A DNA stretch of 64,000 nucleotides from Raillietiella orientalis (Eukaryota): assembly GCA_036172245.1 (NCBI GenBank), contig JAYWIR010000004.1, positions 2,976,001 through 3,040,000 on the forward strand, given 5' to 3'. A model generated the notes under the pieces. It was not told where the DNA came from. It was given only the letters and a program-made list of their open reading frames with translations, and did not search any database. The position numbers and the translations under genes were made by a program. Positions within the stretch are counted from its first letter, which is position 1. Each line of letters starts with the position of its first letter. Positions 62,101 through 64,000 of the stretch are shown piece by piece.

Positions 62101-64000
62101 AAACATACCATGTGTGCCCCCGTGGTCCAGGCTTTTTGTGCACGAGGAGCTCGGTGTTTGCGCCCTTCATCCATGCAACCGGGGCGGGCGAAGATTCGAT
62201 AACGAGTTTGGGACAGTTTTCGAAGACTGGTTCCTCGTCGACCTTTCAGTCCAGGAGAGAAGTCGACTCCGCAGAGTATTTCTTTCTGTCTTCTCCTCCG
62301 AAAAGAAATACTGAGAAGCAGATGCACCAGGAAAGCATAAGATCAGAATAGGCAAAGAAGAGAGCGCAGAAACCTAATAAAGAGCAATGATTAATCTGCA
62401 GACGGCAAGTATGGCCGTCATCACGATTCGGAAAGATGTGGGTTCTCGGAATTTCTCAGTAAGCAATGAACAGAGAGGTCAAATCGCTACTGCTTTCACC
62501 AATTTATCGATAAGGAACGAAATTATTACTGATCAGACTTTGTTGCGCCAGCAGCCCTGAGATGGCACCAAAGTTCAAAGCAATGGAGAAATCGGGTGAT
62601 TCCAAAAAAACAGAAACAAAACAAACTTGTACCAATATTAATCAACTGTTTGTACGATAATGGAATATCGCATAAGGTATCGTATTTCCCTTCCAGGTGG
62701 CTTTCAAACTGAGAATCCATGGGAAGATGCCAGGGCCTTAGCACCGAAACGAAAGCTTTAGTCACGTTTAGCCAATTCCAAGGACCGAGTCCAGCTACTG
62801 ATTCTGCCTGTAATCTCCGTGATCCATCAAGATTGCAATATCCAATAAATTATCAGAGGCAAGGCGAGCAAACGAATTCAAAGGGAGTTATGCGATTGCT
62901 TTGAGGCTGCTCGACGCAATGAGAAATGTGAGCCAATGAGTTGCATCAGCATTTCCAGCAGCTGCTGGAGTAATTACGAAAGAATTGGCTCTAATGAAAG
63001 TTATTATCAGTGATGACAAGAAGAAAGCAAAAACTGAGCCTAAGTGTGTTAGGACTAGCAAACACCGTTTCTTTGGTAAAGCGCTGGATAAACTTTTTAC
63101 CTTTACATACACACATTGTAATGTGGAACATACCACCGCTTCCTTCCCAGACATCTTCTACTTAAGATTTTTGAAAGAGATGCACCACAAGGAAGCTGGA
63201 CAGTTCGTTAGCAGTTGCGCCAAAGTACTTCCTGAGAGTTTGGGGCAATGCAGGCAGCCGAATATCCTAGAGAGCTCTTCTGCATAACGAACATGCGGCA
63301 TCATTTGATCCTAAGCTCTCCACACTTCAATATCAAACTGCTTCTTCCAGAAGTGGCCTTTTTCAAGAACCCTTTCGGCACCCGTCTTTGGCGACGAGGC
63401 ATCATTCCCGAGGAACGATGAATTCCGAAAGGAAAGGAAAGCAGTAGCTAGTAAACCCAGTGGACAACCGGCAAAACAGTATTTGAAAAGAAAAAGAAAA
63501 AAATTTTTTTTTCCAAAAATCCTTTCCACATTATTCTTTTGTAATTACATCGCAACTGCAATGTAGTCTACACATCGAAACTTGCACACCACATTCATTT
63601 GGGACGACGGCTTAAGATGAAAAACTTTCTCTGAGGCATGGGAAGGCTGAAAGTATTTGTCAGAATGTTCTCGGTGAAATGTGTTGTCAGAGGTTACTGC
63701 TCATAAGCATGATGTTCTTGCTAAGAAAAGCAAGAACCAGAGTTACATGAATATCTCGGGGCTAATGAATGGATCACAATAGTGGATTGTATGAGATCCC
63801 AATGGATTTCAAAACTTTCATTCTCAATGGCCTTCCACGTCTCCAAATAGTTTGATATTATATTGTTGGACAAAACTTAAGGAATACATCTCCATGACCT
63901 TCTGCATATTGCAGAGCGTTTTTCATCAGTTTCTTCTCCCTCAAGATGTGTAACTGACTTATGCAGCCTGCGTACTGATGGTCACCTGTAATTGGCAGTG

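Noticed and set aside
1..64000. CRISPR arrays, rRNA, tRNA, prokaryotic operons
   Set aside because: No regularly spaced repeat-spacer array or recognisable structural RNA; the sequence is eukaryotic with spliceosomal introns.

Overview
Eukaryotic, almost certainly arthropod, genomic DNA rich in microsatellites and homopolymers. The left end holds a spliced minus-strand bric-a-brac (bab)-like BTB transcription factor: BTB exon 5920-5168, linker exon 363-288/255, and a pipsqueak-type HTH exon from 210 running off the window edge. The two small exons are not called in the ORF track. Roughly 6-14 kb looks like its upstream regulatory region. From about 14.9 kb on I see no host gene. 14.9-31 kb carries very old non-LTR retrotransposon fossils, including a probable R1-clade element. 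33.4-61.5 kb is a dense, mixed-orientation pile-up of L1/Tx1-like LINE fragments (about 15 pieces of one family, ORF1-like remnants, and a second family with an RNase H-like motif) around a CpG-dense promoter-like core at 40.5-41.4 kb. The cluster contains a recent, nearly identical 483-bp inverted duplication with fold-back scars at its junction. The main LINE family has two covarying 3'-end stem-loops and no poly(A) tail. Best overall hypothesis (inference only): a small-RNA (piRNA/endo-siRNA) source locus or a self-targeting LINE array. TE assignments rest on motif recognition by eye and TE boundaries are approximate.
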